Assembly (NCBI RefSeq): GCF_036971445.1
Contig: NC_091476.1
Location: forward strand, 66,100,191-66,156,000
Reading direction: 5' to 3'
Origin: Narcine bancroftii
Lineage: Eukaryota
Length of the DNA: 55,810 nucleotides
Numbering within the stretch: the stretch's first letter is position 1; each line of letters starts with the position of its first letter. Made by a program: the position numbers and the translations under genes. The notes below the pieces were generated by a model, which saw nothing but the letters and a program-made list of their open reading frames with translations, had not been told where the DNA came from and did not search any database. Shown here one piece after another: positions 54,513 to 55,810 of the stretch.

Positions 54513-55441
54513 TGTGACAGAGTATATAGATATGTTTTTGGGAGATAAATTGGGAAAGATCTTTAAAACAGATCTTATTTAAAATATTGGAGCTCTGCCC
54601 ATGCTAGACATATCGGGGCAACAGTCTTTGCAAGAGCTTTGATGAGTGCTCAAGAGACTTCACTAATGGATTTTTGTTTACAAAAGGCAACAGATGAAAG
54701 ATTTTATTGGAGCCACAGATTGTCTGGAAGAGAACTTGTTCTAAGAGGGTCATGTGGTTTTGCAGAGAGAGAGGGAGAGAGAGAGAGAGAGATCAGTTCT
54801 GCAGTGTTGCAGTGGCAAAGCAGCGGGGACTGGAACAGGACAAACTGCCAAGCTTGTGGAAAACCCCATTTTGGAAGACTGCCTGGTCAAAGCACTTGTG
54901 GTTCATGCAAGAGGAGAGGACTGGCTGTCTAATGTTTCACTTGGAATAAGGGAAACAAAAAGGAACTCTGGTGATCTGAAAGAAAGAGGTTATCATCTGG
55001 AGAACCCTGAGGGGCAAGTTCTGTCAGCAAGTCACTGAAGTGGCTGATTAAAAAGGAATCAGTTGTGAGTGTCCAGTGAACAACACATCTCTCTCTCTAC
55101 AAACTGACAAGAACCTTCCTGACAGGTAACCATTTACCTTCCAAGCACCAAAGCCTGGTGAACTTTATAAATGTTAAATTCTGTGCACAGTTTAAGAATC
55201 GCCTGCAACCAGTGAACTTGGAGGAATGAGAAATGAGATTGGACAGTGAACCAAAGAACTTTTGTGAATTTACACACATGCACGTTTAGAATTAGAAGGG
55301 GATTAAGTTAGGTTAGTTAAGATAAAATGTGATTCTTTTTTCATGTTTAAAGATAATTAAAAGCAGCTTTTGTTTAAGTAACCATTTATCTTGGTGAATA
55401 TCTATTGCTTCTGGGTTTCAGGGTCCTCTGGGCTTGTAACA
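54513..55441. mobile_element. solo LTR with 4-bp target-site duplication
   Basis: Begins TGTGAC and ends GTAACA (TG...CA); GTCT on both sides (54509-54512, 55442-55445); AT-rich 929-bp block. Confidence 0.85.
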
Positions 55442-55810
55442 GTCTTGTGTGGGCTTGAGCCTTCACCCCGACAGGAGTGGGGGAGATGAGAGTGTGTCCA
55501 GGGTGGGATGGGACCTTCAGGGCCTCGGCTGCCTTCCCCCCGAGGCAGCGGGAAGTGTTGGCGGAATCCACGTGGGTGGGGGGAACAGATCCATGTGATG
55601 TCCTGCTGTGTTCATGTTTTTTTCTCCAAAATTAGACTTTATTTATAAATTGCCATAAATTACATTTCAAAAATACATATTATGCAGGAAAATAAGAGAA
55701 AGTTTGTTGATAATTCAGAAATCTGATGGCAATGGCGAGGAAGCTGCTCTTGAGCTCGTCTTCTGGCTCCTGGACCTTTTTCCCTGATGGTAGCAGAGTG
55801 AAGATGGGGT

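Overview
GC-rich, repeat-dense vertebrate genomic DNA. The repeat content (V-SINE-type SINEs, CR1, Rex1/Babar and Penelope fragments, and a dispersed ~52-bp repeat) points to a cartilaginous fish (inference). Almost the whole window is one + strand multi-exon gene of the Hook-related CCDC88 (Girdin/Daple/Gipie) family. Its C-terminal motifs best match CCDC88B. I traced 26 phase-compatible coding exons from 2810 to 50538, about 1,390 codons. Exon 1 with the start codon was not found and probably lies upstream, so exon numbering below starts at 2. The end of exon 23 falls in an N gap, and the last two exons are less certain. One intron has a GC donor. Introns contain LINE, SINE, DNA-transposon (hAT MITE, Tc1/pogo MITE, Chapaev3-like) and LTR relics, plus many unrelated intron-specific minisatellites. 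Some of these multiply transcription-factor motifs: an RFX X-box array, a GLI repeat and a GC-box repeat. I found no CRISPR array, rRNA, true tRNA or second gene. The long ORFs in the track come from simple repeats. I cannot show a new biological system. The best leads are the motif-bearing minisatellites. Repeat boundaries are approximate, and homology calls rest on recalled protein sequences, not database searches.
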